IMG/VR virus record: IMGVR_UViG_3300019850_000189
Location: 125,376-189,375 of that record
Direction: 5' to 3' (one strand)
From: a virus
Length of the DNA stretch: 64,000 nucleotides
In this document: positions 36,362 through 45,663 of the stretch, piece after piece
Layout of the letters: every line of letters starts with the position of its first letter
Position numbering within the stretch: position 1 is the first letter of the stretch
The notes under the pieces: model-generated
What the model saw: only the letters and a program-made list of their open reading frames with translations
The model's database searches: none
What the model was told of the DNA's origin: nothing
Program-made: the position numbers and the translations under genes

Positions 36362-37705
36362 ATGCAAAGACTTGTTAATGAAACGAAACAGCTGCTTTCA
36401 TGTGGCGGAGCTGGCGGCCACATGTCTCATGCTTATGATGTTCTATCACCGTCTAGATTCATTGGCTTTATCAATGATTTGCTTAAAGGCCGCACGGAAG
36501 CTTATGAAAAAGTTGATGGCGCCAATTTGATTGTAGGCATCAATAAGTTTGGCAGAGTTGTCTATGCCAGGAGTAAGAAAGCCACTCCAGAATTAGATAT
36601 AGAAAAGAAATTCCCACTGCAGCATCCAGGCTCCGATGCTTTTAGGGCTGGATTTCGAGCTATCCAGAAAGCTTTCAAAAGATTATCAGAGGCAGATAAA
36701 AAGAAATTTGGTCTGGATAAGTATTTTCTCAATGTAGAAATTATTTTCGGTTTTATCCCTAACATAATTCCTTACAGTGAAACTAAAAACTTTATTGTAT
36801 TTCACAATTATGTTAATCCTGGCCCTGATTATGAACCTGTTGATTTTGAAGGTAATCTCAACGGCCTAGCGGCAAAAATTGGTCAGGTTGCTGTTGTTTC
36901 CAAATCAATTAATTACATAGGCACTCCATCAAATCCGGATAGAGTGATTTCTGATAGAACAAGTGTATGGGAATTTAGGGGTCCTATTAAAGTCAGTCCG
37001 GACGAAATTAAGCAAGGGTTGCAACCAGTCTTGAAAGCCTGGAAAAGTATTCCAGAAATTCAGCTCCTGAGGCACGAGAAAAACCAAGAGATTCAACTTG
37101 AGCTCATGCGCACGATAGCAGACAAAATAGGTTCTATTATATTAGCCAAAATGGTTTCAAAATTATCCGGGACTGCCAAATTGAAATTCCCGAAGGAACA
37201 TCCGAGAATAGAAGGATTGGTTGTTAAGTATCGCAAGGGACTAGATCGAGAAACATTATTGAAAATTACTGGCAATTTTAGAGAACTTAATAAAGAATTG
37301 TGGGCGCCTCTTAGAGAAGAACTGGATCCATTGATGAAAAGCTTTAATATTTTTATACTGGATAATATCTTCGGTATTCGCGGAATTAGCAGATTTGCTT
37401 CCAGAACATTGGAAAAATATCATTCTACAGATGAGTTGTTCAGGGAGAGGAGCACAAAAAAGCTTGAAATGCCATTTAACAAAAACAAAATAGATACTAA
37501 AATAGACGAGACAGTAAATAAGCTTGAAGCAATATGGCGGCATCACAAAGGCGATAAGTCAGTAAAAGCTGAAGATGTCAAGAAAGCGCTTCTAATAAAT
37601 GGATACAAATTAAAAAAACTCAAGTATAACATAAATAAAGCCGATAACCTCGGCAATGCCTTCAAGGCTTACATGATAAATATGATGGGTTGGAATAAAG
37701 TATGA
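36362..37705 (+). CDS. phage protein with GGAGGHM.H motif and ligase-like EKVDG motif
   Basis: start reassigned to ATG 36362; YEKVDGANL, RIEGLVV, LLKITG. Confidence 0.6.
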   Translation: MQRLVNETKQLLSCGGAGGHMSHAYDVLSPSRFIGFINDLLKGRTEAYEKVDGANLIVGINKFGRVVYARSKKATPELDIEKKFPLQHPGSDAFRAGFRAIQKAFKRLSEADKKKFGLDKYFLNVEIIFGFIPNIIPYSETKNFIVFHNYVNPGPDYEPVDFEGNLNGLAAKIGQVAVVSKSINYIGTPSNPDRVISDRTSVWEFRGPIKVSPDEIKQGLQPVLKAWKSIPEIQLLRHEKNQEIQLELMRTIADKIGSIILAKMVSKLSGTAKLKFPKEHPRIEGLVVKYRKGLDRETLLKITGNFRELNKELWAPLREELDPLMKSFNIFILDNIFGIRGISRFASRTLEKYHSTDELFRERSTKKLEMPFNKNKIDTKIDETVNKLEAIWRHHKGDKSVKAEDVKKALLINGYKLKKLKYNINKADNLGNAFKAYMINMMGWNKV

Positions 37706-37962
37706 CAAAAAAAAATGCCTATTTTATATACACATCCAGGACGCCTGGAGGCCATTTAGCTTGGGCTGTTGGAAAAGGTGTTATTTTTAACCAAAGCGGA
37801 ACAAAATTTATTATGCGCATTACTAAGATAATTGAATCTGTGCGTGTGAATTTTTTTGTAGATTATATTATTTACCCACGCTGGGATGAAGTTTTCGAAA
37901 CTCTTTCAGAAACAAAATATGCACTATTAAAAATGCTAGTAGAAGGAAAATGGAAAGATTGA
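37702..37962 (+). CDS. hypothetical protein (paralogue family with 37950 and 38216)
   Basis: H.AWAV.K pattern. Confidence 0.55.
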   Translation: MTKKNAYFIYTSRTPGGHLAWAVGKGVIFNQSGTKFIMRITKIIESVRVNFFVDYIIYPRWDEVFETLSETKYALLKMLVEGKWKD

Positions 37963-38219
37963 AACTTGGTGACATAAAATATGTTTTATATACAGGATGG
38001 GGCATACACCATACGCCGGCATGGGCTATATGGAAAGTTCGAATTATTGATTCAGTAGAAACAAGACGGCCTAAAGTGAAATTTTTAGAAAAAAAGTTAA
38101 CTAAATATTTTACTCTTGAAAAAGACATGGAATATAATACTAATCGCAGCGATCTACTCGATGATCTCTCTGAAGCCAAGGAGGAATTAGTTAAAAAAAT
38201 AACAGAAAATCGATTATGA
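37950..38219 (+). CDS. hypothetical protein, tandem paralogue
   Basis: GDIKY...TGW.I.H.PAWAIWKV...K.LEKK...ITENRL. Confidence 0.65.
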   Translation: MERLKLGDIKYVLYTGWGIHHTPAWAIWKVRIIDSVETRRPKVKFLEKKLTKYFTLEKDMEYNTNRSDLLDDLSEAKEELVKKITENRL

Positions 38220-38518
38220 TGACTAATAGAAGGAAAATGGAAAGAATGAAACCGGGTGAAATAAAATATCTTATAAAAACTGGTTGGAGCATAGAACATA
38301 AACCAGCATGGGCCATATGGAAAGTAAAGGTCACCGGTGACATGAACAAAGTCCTTACTGGGCATGGCACTGTAAAATTGCTCGAGAAGAAAATATCAAA
38401 ATTTTTTGCTTTTAAGAGAAATAGCGAATATCCCGCTAGGTCTAATGAGCTATTCGATGAATTCTTCGGAGCCAAGAGGGAGTTACTTAAAAGAATAACA
38501 GAAAATCGATTATGGTGA
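38216..38518 (+). CDS. hypothetical protein, tandem paralogue
   Basis: GEIKY...TGW.I.H.PAWAIWKV...K.LEKK...ITENRL. Confidence 0.65.
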   Translation: MMTNRRKMERMKPGEIKYLIKTGWSIEHKPAWAIWKVKVTGDMNKVLTGHGTVKLLEKKISKFFAFKRNSEYPARSNELFDEFFGAKRELLKRITENRLW

Positions 38519-38856
38519 CTAAAAAATTCAGACTACCTAAGAAAATATGGTTGATATTTTTATTAGAAAAAAATATTGACATAGCTGGAGAAGGCCCTGC
38601 TTGGCATGATATGGAAGAAGTAGTCAAAAAAGTTGCTGGCCGACACGATCATGACTTTGATAGAATTGAAAGCTTCAAAAAGACAATGACAGATTATAAA
38701 CCATTTCTTGAAGTTGGCAGCGAGCTCCGATTTGGTAAAGGCCATCCATGGCAATTCGGCACTATGATATGGAATTTATATACAGGCAATATAACTACTT
38801 TTTTTACACAAGACAAAGATGGCATCATGGATCATATTTTTGTAAGTGGACATTAA
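38512..38856 (+). CDS. hypothetical protein
   Basis: ORF track. Confidence 0.55.
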   Translation: MVTKKFRLPKKIWLIFLLEKNIDIAGEGPAWHDMEEVVKKVAGRHDHDFDRIESFKKTMTDYKPFLEVGSELRFGKGHPWQFGTMIWNLYTGNITTFFTQDKDGIMDHIFVSGH

Positions 38857-39264
38857 ATGATAAAGCAGACAACAATAGAAACTATATTTAATATATTTGA
38901 AGGATATAAAGACCCATTCATGTGGCAATCCATTATATTTCAGATTATAGAGAAACTACCTCTTAAAAAAGAAAGCCCTGATATTGATGCGCTGCTTCAT
39001 TTAGATAGCGATGAAGCAATTAACAGTTCTGATACAATTCGTTGGTTTAATAATCATAAGCAATCATATAATTTTTATCTACTATATGGACGGTTTACAA
39101 ATTTACACGCATCGGGCCAAATTGAGCTCATGCCAGCATCAGTATTGGCGATTAAAAAAAATAAATATAAAGATATTAAAAAATACATAGAATGGTTTGG
39201 GCTAAAGTGTCGTCAGTTTCGACTTATGGAAACATTACAAAAAATTCACGAGATATACAAATGA
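38857..39264 (+). CDS. hypothetical protein
   Basis: ORF track. Confidence 0.55.
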   Translation: MIKQTTIETIFNIFEGYKDPFMWQSIIFQIIEKLPLKKESPDIDALLHLDSDEAINSSDTIRWFNNHKQSYNFYLLYGRFTNLHASGQIELMPASVLAIKKNKYKDIKKYIEWFGLKCRQFRLMETLQKIHEIYK

Positions 39265-39920
39265 ATTGGGAAGATTTTGTTAAAGAATTAAGCGCTAAAC
39301 GTTATAAATCTGATTTACTAAAACAGTTTATGGATGAGTATAATGATGCCGTCATGGAGGCTGCAGCGGAGACCGATGAAAAAGTTATTAATAAAGCCCA
39401 TGATATTATGTATAATACAATAAAAAATGCCCCAGTTCTAGTTGCATTGTCATTAGAGGAATGTTGGCCGGAAGGCGATCTTGGCATGTATGTAAATGAC
39501 ATATGGGGTCAATATGAAAAAATAGTCGAAAAAGTTTATAAATATAAAAAAAGAAATCCTCCGGAACAGCTCCGATTTCCATTCGTAGAACCGATTTCCA
39601 AGACTTATTATCATATACTGAATAAGGAATTAGACAATACCAAGACCCCTTTAATTTATCTCGGAATAGATCCATCAGATACAGAGTTGTCTTATAAAAA
39701 AATTGATAAAACATATAAACGGTTAGAAGAACTGAAACGTGATTGGACAAAAGCATCGGATGAAATAGAATATGAATCCGGAAAATGGTATGATGACATA
39801 TGGAACATGACATCTAAGGAATGGATCAGCATTTCCTTTAATGGCTTTAATGTTGATGCTAAATATTTAAAGGGTGAAGTTTTAAAATATATAATGGAAC
39901 GAGGATCCAAATTGAAATGA
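39261..39920 (+). CDS. hypothetical protein
   Basis: ATGA overlap start at 39261. Confidence 0.6.
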   Translation: MNWEDFVKELSAKRYKSDLLKQFMDEYNDAVMEAAAETDEKVINKAHDIMYNTIKNAPVLVALSLEECWPEGDLGMYVNDIWGQYEKIVEKVYKYKKRNPPEQLRFPFVEPISKTYYHILNKELDNTKTPLIYLGIDPSDTELSYKKIDKTYKRLEELKRDWTKASDEIEYESGKWYDDIWNMTSKEWISISFNGFNVDAKYLKGEVLKYIMERGSKLK

Positions 39921-40048
39921 GAGGCGAATTTATTAAATATATTTTGACAAGATGTACTAAGATAGTAATGCGTAATGATAGAACTCGCTAAATTTATACA
40001 GACTGTCAGGAGCTAATACAGAAATAAACCCAGAATAGGAGCGCTAAA

Positions 40049-40384
40049 ATGTTATTCATAGAGGCGTATAGACAATCTCTAATACCATTCAAAGAGGCCT
40101 ATCGTATGATATATAAGCTTCCTAACGCTCCAAAGATGCCACTAGATAGCTCCAAAGAGGCTATCAGGCAATTTATTGAAAAATATCAAAATGAAGGATA
40201 TAAGATATTTATAATAAGTGATTATGGAGTCTCATTACGGCCGGATTCTTTATTAATGGCAATGGGAGAAAAAGCTTTTTTCAAACTTCGGAAAAAGGTC
40301 AATAAATACGACCTTAGAATGATAGAAGTAAGCGATGTTAAAGATGCCATCGAATGGACATATGATATAGGACTTAGACCATGA
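40049..40384 (+). CDS. hypothetical protein
   Basis: AGGAG RBS. Confidence 0.55.
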   Translation: MLFIEAYRQSLIPFKEAYRMIYKLPNAPKMPLDSSKEAIRQFIEKYQNEGYKIFIISDYGVSLRPDSLLMAMGEKAFFKLRKKVNKYDLRMIEVSDVKDAIEWTYDIGLRP

Positions 40385-41016
40385 TGACACTAGAAAATTT
40401 TTGTTATGGTCTCTTAAAATCCGACGAGCATAGATTACCAGCGTGGCTTTCTGATCTAGCAGCCAGTTTATATGATGTTATAATTGATAGTTTAATTAAT
40501 GCCATTTATGAAGTAAGTCCGGTAATAAGTTATTTATATGATGAAAAAAAACAAGGCAATACCATTCAATCGCACATTGATGCCGCATGGAAATCTTTTG
40601 ATGAATTAAAAACCGTTATGACTGAAATGGTCAAAACAAGTGAAGGCGAATATGTTGACGTGGATGATATCGATAAAAAAGCAGAAGAAGAAGAATGGTC
40701 AGAAAAAGAGAAAAATGATTACTGGGCGGATGAAATTCAGATGCAAATAGATATGTATACTGAGGATGTAAAGATGGAGTATGGCAAAGATTTCTGGGAA
40801 TATTATGGTAAGGATAGAAGCCTGGAATGGCGGTATGAATATGAAGTATCTCACATTCTTCGGCGCAAGGAAGAAGAGCTCGGGGAAGCTTTAGATTTAA
40901 ATGAAGATTCATTCCATGACTTTCTTTTAGACAGTTTTGAATATAATGATGAATTAAATTTAGATAAGCCACTTAAATTTCAAATTATTGCACGTACATT
41001 CGAGATAGAAAAATGA
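40381..41016 (+). CDS. acidic hypothetical protein
   Basis: ATGA overlap. Confidence 0.6.
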   Translation: MMTLENFCYGLLKSDEHRLPAWLSDLAASLYDVIIDSLINAIYEVSPVISYLYDEKKQGNTIQSHIDAAWKSFDELKTVMTEMVKTSEGEYVDVDDIDKKAEEEEWSEKEKNDYWADEIQMQIDMYTEDVKMEYGKDFWEYYGKDRSLEWRYEYEVSHILRRKEEELGEALDLNEDSFHDFLLDSFEYNDELNLDKPLKFQIIARTFEIEK

Positions 41017-41810
41017 ATATAGTTGAATCCATAAGTGAAAAATTTAGAAATGCCAATGCGGCACAGGTGATAGCTAACTATCCAGTTGCCTTTATGAGAT
41101 TGTTGGTTAAAGAAATAGAGAAACGCGTTGGCCGTGTTAAAAATAAATCCAAGGCAAGTAAAGTCGGTAGCATGGTGCTTAGTGAGCCTATCCTGTTCAG
41201 GAATGACAGAGGCAAAATCACTACTAATTTGCTAAGAAAGAGAGTGGATATAAGAGTCAGCCCCAGACAAGCATCTGGTTCTACCTCGTTTGCCACGGAA
41301 GTGGCATTAGAAATGGAAGGCATGAAATTATTAGTTTATCCGACTAGAGAAGCAATCGATATAACAAAGAAAAATGTTGAAGACGTAATAGATAATATTA
41401 TTAATGTTTTGATCACAATAGTAAAGAACGGAAGGCTGCCGAATATTGATAAACAGCATTTTGAGACTATCGGAAAAATATTATCAAAACACAATTTAAT
41501 ATTGAAAGTTAACAAGGTAGGGAGCAAACCAACCGATCGTTATTATGAAATTCATTCGGTAGGTGGTCATTCATTGACTCCGTCAGAACAGGCTCAAGTC
41601 TGGATAGTTATGCCAAAGCTTATTCATTGGATGAATAATCAGAATTTGGCTTTTGATAGTTGGGGATTCTCAATGGACAGCGATTATTTCTTTTTGCGTG
41701 TCTTCATAGAGCATATGCCTCATAAGATAAATAGGCAAAAGTATGCAAAAATGGCGGCCGGTAAGGAAAATATAATTAAGGATATAATAGGGACGAAAAA
41801 TAATGGATAA
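41013..41810 (+). CDS. hypothetical protein
   Basis: ATGA overlap. Confidence 0.6.
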   Translation: MNIVESISEKFRNANAAQVIANYPVAFMRLLVKEIEKRVGRVKNKSKASKVGSMVLSEPILFRNDRGKITTNLLRKRVDIRVSPRQASGSTSFATEVALEMEGMKLLVYPTREAIDITKKNVEDVIDNIINVLITIVKNGRLPNIDKQHFETIGKILSKHNLILKVNKVGSKPTDRYYEIHSVGGHSLTPSEQAQVWIVMPKLIHWMNNQNLAFDSWGFSMDSDYFFLRVFIEHMPHKINRQKYAKMAAGKENIIKDIIGTKNNG

Positions 41811-42117
41811 TACTTCTGTAAAAAAAATAGTGGCAGCTACTCTAAAAGAAAATCAACTGCAAAAAATATCTCAAGAAAAGCGAATGCGATCGCGAAAATG
41901 GATATCATGGTTGGTATGGCTTATTCTAACAGCGGTAAGTTTATATCTTGTTAAAAGTGGCACCACTAATTTAGATATTAATCTTGTGATTAAAATGTTT
42001 GGCATAGTTACTATTATTTATATTTTGGGAAATGTATTTGAGAAATTCATTATGTTATTCGCCAGTAAACTTGCCGAAATAATATCAAAGAAAATTGAAG
42101 GTTTTATAAACTCATAA
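41803..42117 (+). CDS. 2-TM membrane protein, holin-like
   Basis: basic RSRKW followed by two TM helices. Confidence 0.45.
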   Translation: MDNTSVKKIVAATLKENQLQKISQEKRMRSRKWISWLVWLILTAVSLYLVKSGTTNLDINLVIKMFGIVTIIYILGNVFEKFIMLFASKLAEIISKKIEGFINS

Positions 42118-42126
42118 CATATATAG
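42118..42126 (+). promoter_or_regulatory. CATATATAG motif heading the radical SAM cluster
   Basis: immediately after upstream stop; AGGTG RBS follows. Confidence 0.5.
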
Positions 42127-42133
42127 GTGTGAA

Positions 42134-42580
42134 ATGGGATATATATGGACAAATATAACTGCCGGCGCGACTAGGATAAAAGGCCAACATTTGCAAGAAG
42201 TTGTAGATAATGTTAAGAACGCGGAAACGCAACTTGAACTAACCGCGCCAGAAAAGCACACCTGGTCTGCCGGTATGGATTCATTCAATAAGATTCCTAT
42301 ATTACATGATGAGTGGCAGGAGCTTAGAGATGCTACCGATAATTTAGATGATAAAAATTATTGTAGAACTCATGATGTCACACATTATGTTGGCTACGAT
42401 GCCGATCTGCATAGTACATATTGTCCAACGCATTATCCAGATTATTGTAATGACCTGCATATAGGTCATCACGGCTCGCATTTAATATATTATTTTAGTG
42501 GCTATAATTATGATTACCATGGAACACACAAAACTGCATACTACACTAGCAAGGATTCTGTAGTACATCATGGTCACTAA
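42134..42580 (+). CDS. tetrapeptide-periodic His/Tyr/Cys-rich protein 1 (putative modification substrate)
   Basis: duplicated W...I..H..E...D leader, then 18 in-register 4-mers (CRTH DVTH YVGY...). Confidence 0.7.
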   Translation: MGYIWTNITAGATRIKGQHLQEVVDNVKNAETQLELTAPEKHTWSAGMDSFNKIPILHDEWQELRDATDNLDDKNYCRTHDVTHYVGYDADLHSTYCPTHYPDYCNDLHIGHHGSHLIYYFSGYNYDYHGTHKTAYYTSKDSVVHHGH

Positions 42581-42609
42581 ACTATTGTGTGAAGCAGAAG
42601 AGGGAATAA

Positions 42610-42924
42610 ATGGCATTTTCTTGGGTGGAAGATATAAGTAGCGGCGCTTTAATCACTAAAGCGGCTATAGATGAGATCAGGAGTAATGTTGATTCTGTTG
42701 TTGATAACTTATCATCATGTTTTACGCATTACGCTACTTATGATGTTGATTTACATTCCGGGCATGATGGTGCACTATACACTACCTACCAAAATAATTT
42801 GTATACGGGCCTTGATAACGCTTTGTATTCGTATTGCAACGCAAATTACCCAGGCTATCATAATGGTTTAGATTCAACATATAAAGCTTCACATTATACC
42901 TCGTTTTATGCCGATCATTTGTAA
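42610..42924 (+). CDS. tetrapeptide-periodic His/Tyr-rich protein 2 (putative modification substrate)
   Basis: MAFSW..I..G..I....I.EIR..VD leader, then CFTH YATY DVDL HSGH... Confidence 0.7.
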   Translation: MAFSWVEDISSGALITKAAIDEIRSNVDSVVDNLSSCFTHYATYDVDLHSGHDGALYTTYQNNLYTGLDNALYSYCNANYPGYHNGLDSTYKASHYTSFYADHL

Positions 42925-42962
42925 TTGAATATAATGGAGGATTTTTGTACCAATAACTAACA

Positions 42963-44303
42963 ATGAATACTAAAACACTCACTTTGTATGTATCTGACAT
43001 TTGTAATTTAAAGTGCAAATATTGTTTGTGGCCTAAATTCCCACAAATAATGCAACGTGAAAATAAAGACGTCAGATCTTGGATTAGCAGCGGCCGCATG
43101 GCTAATGCCATACAACAGTTCTCATCTAAAAAAAGCTTAGAATTTTTAAGTTTATGGGGCGGCGAACCGACACTAAATTTTGATTTGCTTGCTCCAGAAC
43201 TCGCTAAAATTGCCGACAAATATCCAAATTTATCTGCAATTAGTTTTTCTACAAACTTGAGTACCACTCTCATAGTAAATTACATTATCGATTTTATAAC
43301 ACACATCAATATTATACGCCCTATTAAATTCGACATACAGATATCAATAGATGGCCCTAGTTTTATAAATGATATAAATCGACGCGGAGCTTCTGCCGCG
43401 AAAATTGTTGATAACATAAAATATTTTACTAATAAACTCATAGATAAAAATCTGATTGATAATGTAACATTACATACTAAGTCAACTCTTACTATTGATA
43501 ATATTGTTACACTTCTCAAATATGACGACAAATTTTTCGAGTTTTTCGAGTTTTTCGATCGAGAAAGCGCAAAATGTGGCAAAGTATTTTACACGATGCC
43601 TTCATATGTTTTTCCTGGGCAATATACGCAGAGGCAAGGTGAGATATACGCATTATTCTTATACAAACTTCTTAACTTTGATCTAAATTTGAAATATATA
43701 ACTTCTCCTATAGAAGATGATTTTGTTGTTCGCGCGAAAATGTTGCTGCAAGCATTTGATCGCATAAGACATCGCAGATTTATGGGCGAGTTTTATTCTC
43801 AAGCACATTGTTCTGCTGGTCGCGAGGGTTTTGCCATAGACAAAGATGATCAATTGCATATATGTCATGGCACATTCTTCACTAATGAAGATGTTTTACA
43901 ACAAACAAGTTATAACAAAAATTTCTTCGAAGAAGAAGTTGGTTTTTCTCATGATAAGTTTAATAGTTTTGTCAGGGATGTCGGAGTGATTGATGGTAAT
44001 AATGATTTAAAGCGGTTAAGATTCCAATATTGTAACAGAGCGATACATGATAATTTCGCTTTCATATTGTCCTATAACGAAGCCATGGCTCGTGAGCTGG
44101 TCCTTAGCGGCCAATTATCTAAGACATATATAAACGATGATATAAGAAGTTTACTCTGTGTTTTTGCAGCTTTTAAGAATGGATGTTTAACAGATAATTT
44201 ATGGCAGAATGGAAATATGGCCATATCCAATTCGTCAATATTAAAACTTCTTGGCAATGGCGCTTTCGAATTAATAATGAATTATTTAAAGGATATGCAG
44301 TGA
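42963..44303 (+). CDS. radical SAM protein with partial SPASM/Twitch domain
   Basis: ICNLKCKYC, LWGGEPTL, ISIDGP...ND..R, HCSAG.....ID.D.....CHG. Confidence 0.9.
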   Translation: MNTKTLTLYVSDICNLKCKYCLWPKFPQIMQRENKDVRSWISSGRMANAIQQFSSKKSLEFLSLWGGEPTLNFDLLAPELAKIADKYPNLSAISFSTNLSTTLIVNYIIDFITHINIIRPIKFDIQISIDGPSFINDINRRGASAAKIVDNIKYFTNKLIDKNLIDNVTLHTKSTLTIDNIVTLLKYDDKFFEFFEFFDRESAKCGKVFYTMPSYVFPGQYTQRQGEIYALFLYKLLNFDLNLKYITSPIEDDFVVRAKMLLQAFDRIRHRRFMGEFYSQAHCSAGREGFAIDKDDQLHICHGTFFTNEDVLQQTSYNKNFFEEEVGFSHDKFNSFVRDVGVIDGNNDLKRLRFQYCNRAIHDNFAFILSYNEAMARELVLSGQLSKTYINDDIRSLLCVFAAFKNGCLTDNLWQNGNMAISNSSILKLLGNGAFELIMNYLKDMQ

Positions 44304-45652
44304 CGTTTAAAGCAGAAGAAAAACAACTTTATTTGGACTTTATCGAAAGATATTACTTTGTTCACTGGAGAATGGATCCGCCATACAAATCAGAATATAA
44401 TACTTCCGTGGAATTATTCTTAACTCCTGACTGCGATTTGCAGTGCAAATATTGTTACCTCAATAAATTTGGAGATAAACTATATAGTAAAAATATTCGC
44501 GATTTGAAACAAGTGGTTGAAAATACTCAATTATTATTTGATTATTTCACCAATAATAAACTTTTTCCCAATACAATAGAAATTTTCGCCGGCACCATTC
44601 CAATCTCCGCATATGAAGAAATTTTTGATATAATATATAAGTATGTGAATAGCGCACCAATGCAAAAAGAATTCAATATTATTATTCCAACGAATGCTCT
44701 ATTTGTGCGTGATGAACGCAAAATAAAAATGCTTATTGATTGGACAAAAAAATTTTCAAATATCAATTCTACAATGCACATTTCATATTCATTCGATGGC
44801 AAATATGCAGATCCATTATCCAGACCGGCAAAAAATAAATATTTCAAATATGATGATGAGTTTTATGAGCGAATAAAAGATTTTGCTAGAATAGTGCGGC
44901 CTGGTTTTCATCCAATGATATCTCCGGAAAACATTCATGTATGGCCCCAGAATTTTGATTGGTTTCTAAAATATATAGGTGATACCTACAACTGTGATGA
45001 AAAAGAAGCATTAAATAGCTTATATCTGCTCGAAGTAAGAAATCCAAATTGGCAGGAAAAAGAATTATTACATTTGGCCGACTTTAATTATTATATGACA
45101 AAAAGAATTTTTGATATATATGATGGCAGTCCATCACAATTTGTTAATAAATTTCTCAGAACCACGGCCCTTAATTGGTATACAAATTTTGTTGGTACGA
45201 TAGGTAGAGGCATTGGTTGTTCTATTCAATCCGGGATGTATATCAGGATGGGAGATCTGAGTATTGTACCATGCCACAGAACATCATGGCCGGATTACGA
45301 GAGTGGCCGATTTACCGTAGAAAATAATCAAATAGTCGGATTGGAGCCTGTAAACCCATGGACTCATCTGGCTATAGCCTCATTCAAAGCCGAAAATGGA
45401 TTTGTTTGTTCCCACTGTCCTATAAATTCACTTTGCAGTTTTTATTGTCTGGGCGCAAATTTAGAATTTAACAGAAATTTATTTGTTCCGATACCGAGTG
45501 TATGTAGAATGGAGTATTACAAAATTAAAAGTGTAATCAATAGCTTTAAGCTTTTGGGAATATGGCCGGCATATTATAGATATTTAGAATCCAAAGATAC
45601 AGGTATGCCCAGTTTGTCTAAGCTGAGACAAGCCGAAGCACTAATCATTTAG
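44300..45652 (+). CDS. radical SAM/SPASM protein
   Basis: DCDLQCKYCY, SFDG, GCSI......G.L..VPCHR, CSHCPINSLC...CLG.N...C; GTG start overlapping upstream TGA. Confidence 0.9.
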   Translation: MTFKAEEKQLYLDFIERYYFVHWRMDPPYKSEYNTSVELFLTPDCDLQCKYCYLNKFGDKLYSKNIRDLKQVVENTQLLFDYFTNNKLFPNTIEIFAGTIPISAYEEIFDIIYKYVNSAPMQKEFNIIIPTNALFVRDERKIKMLIDWTKKFSNINSTMHISYSFDGKYADPLSRPAKNKYFKYDDEFYERIKDFARIVRPGFHPMISPENIHVWPQNFDWFLKYIGDTYNCDEKEALNSLYLLEVRNPNWQEKELLHLADFNYYMTKRIFDIYDGSPSQFVNKFLRTTALNWYTNFVGTIGRGIGCSIQSGMYIRMGDLSIVPCHRTSWPDYESGRFTVENNQIVGLEPVNPWTHLAIASFKAENGFVCSHCPINSLCSFYCLGANLEFNRNLFVPIPSVCRMEYYKIKSVINSFKLLGIWPAYYRYLESKDTGMPSLSKLRQAEALII

Positions 45653-45663
45653 AGGGGTATAAA

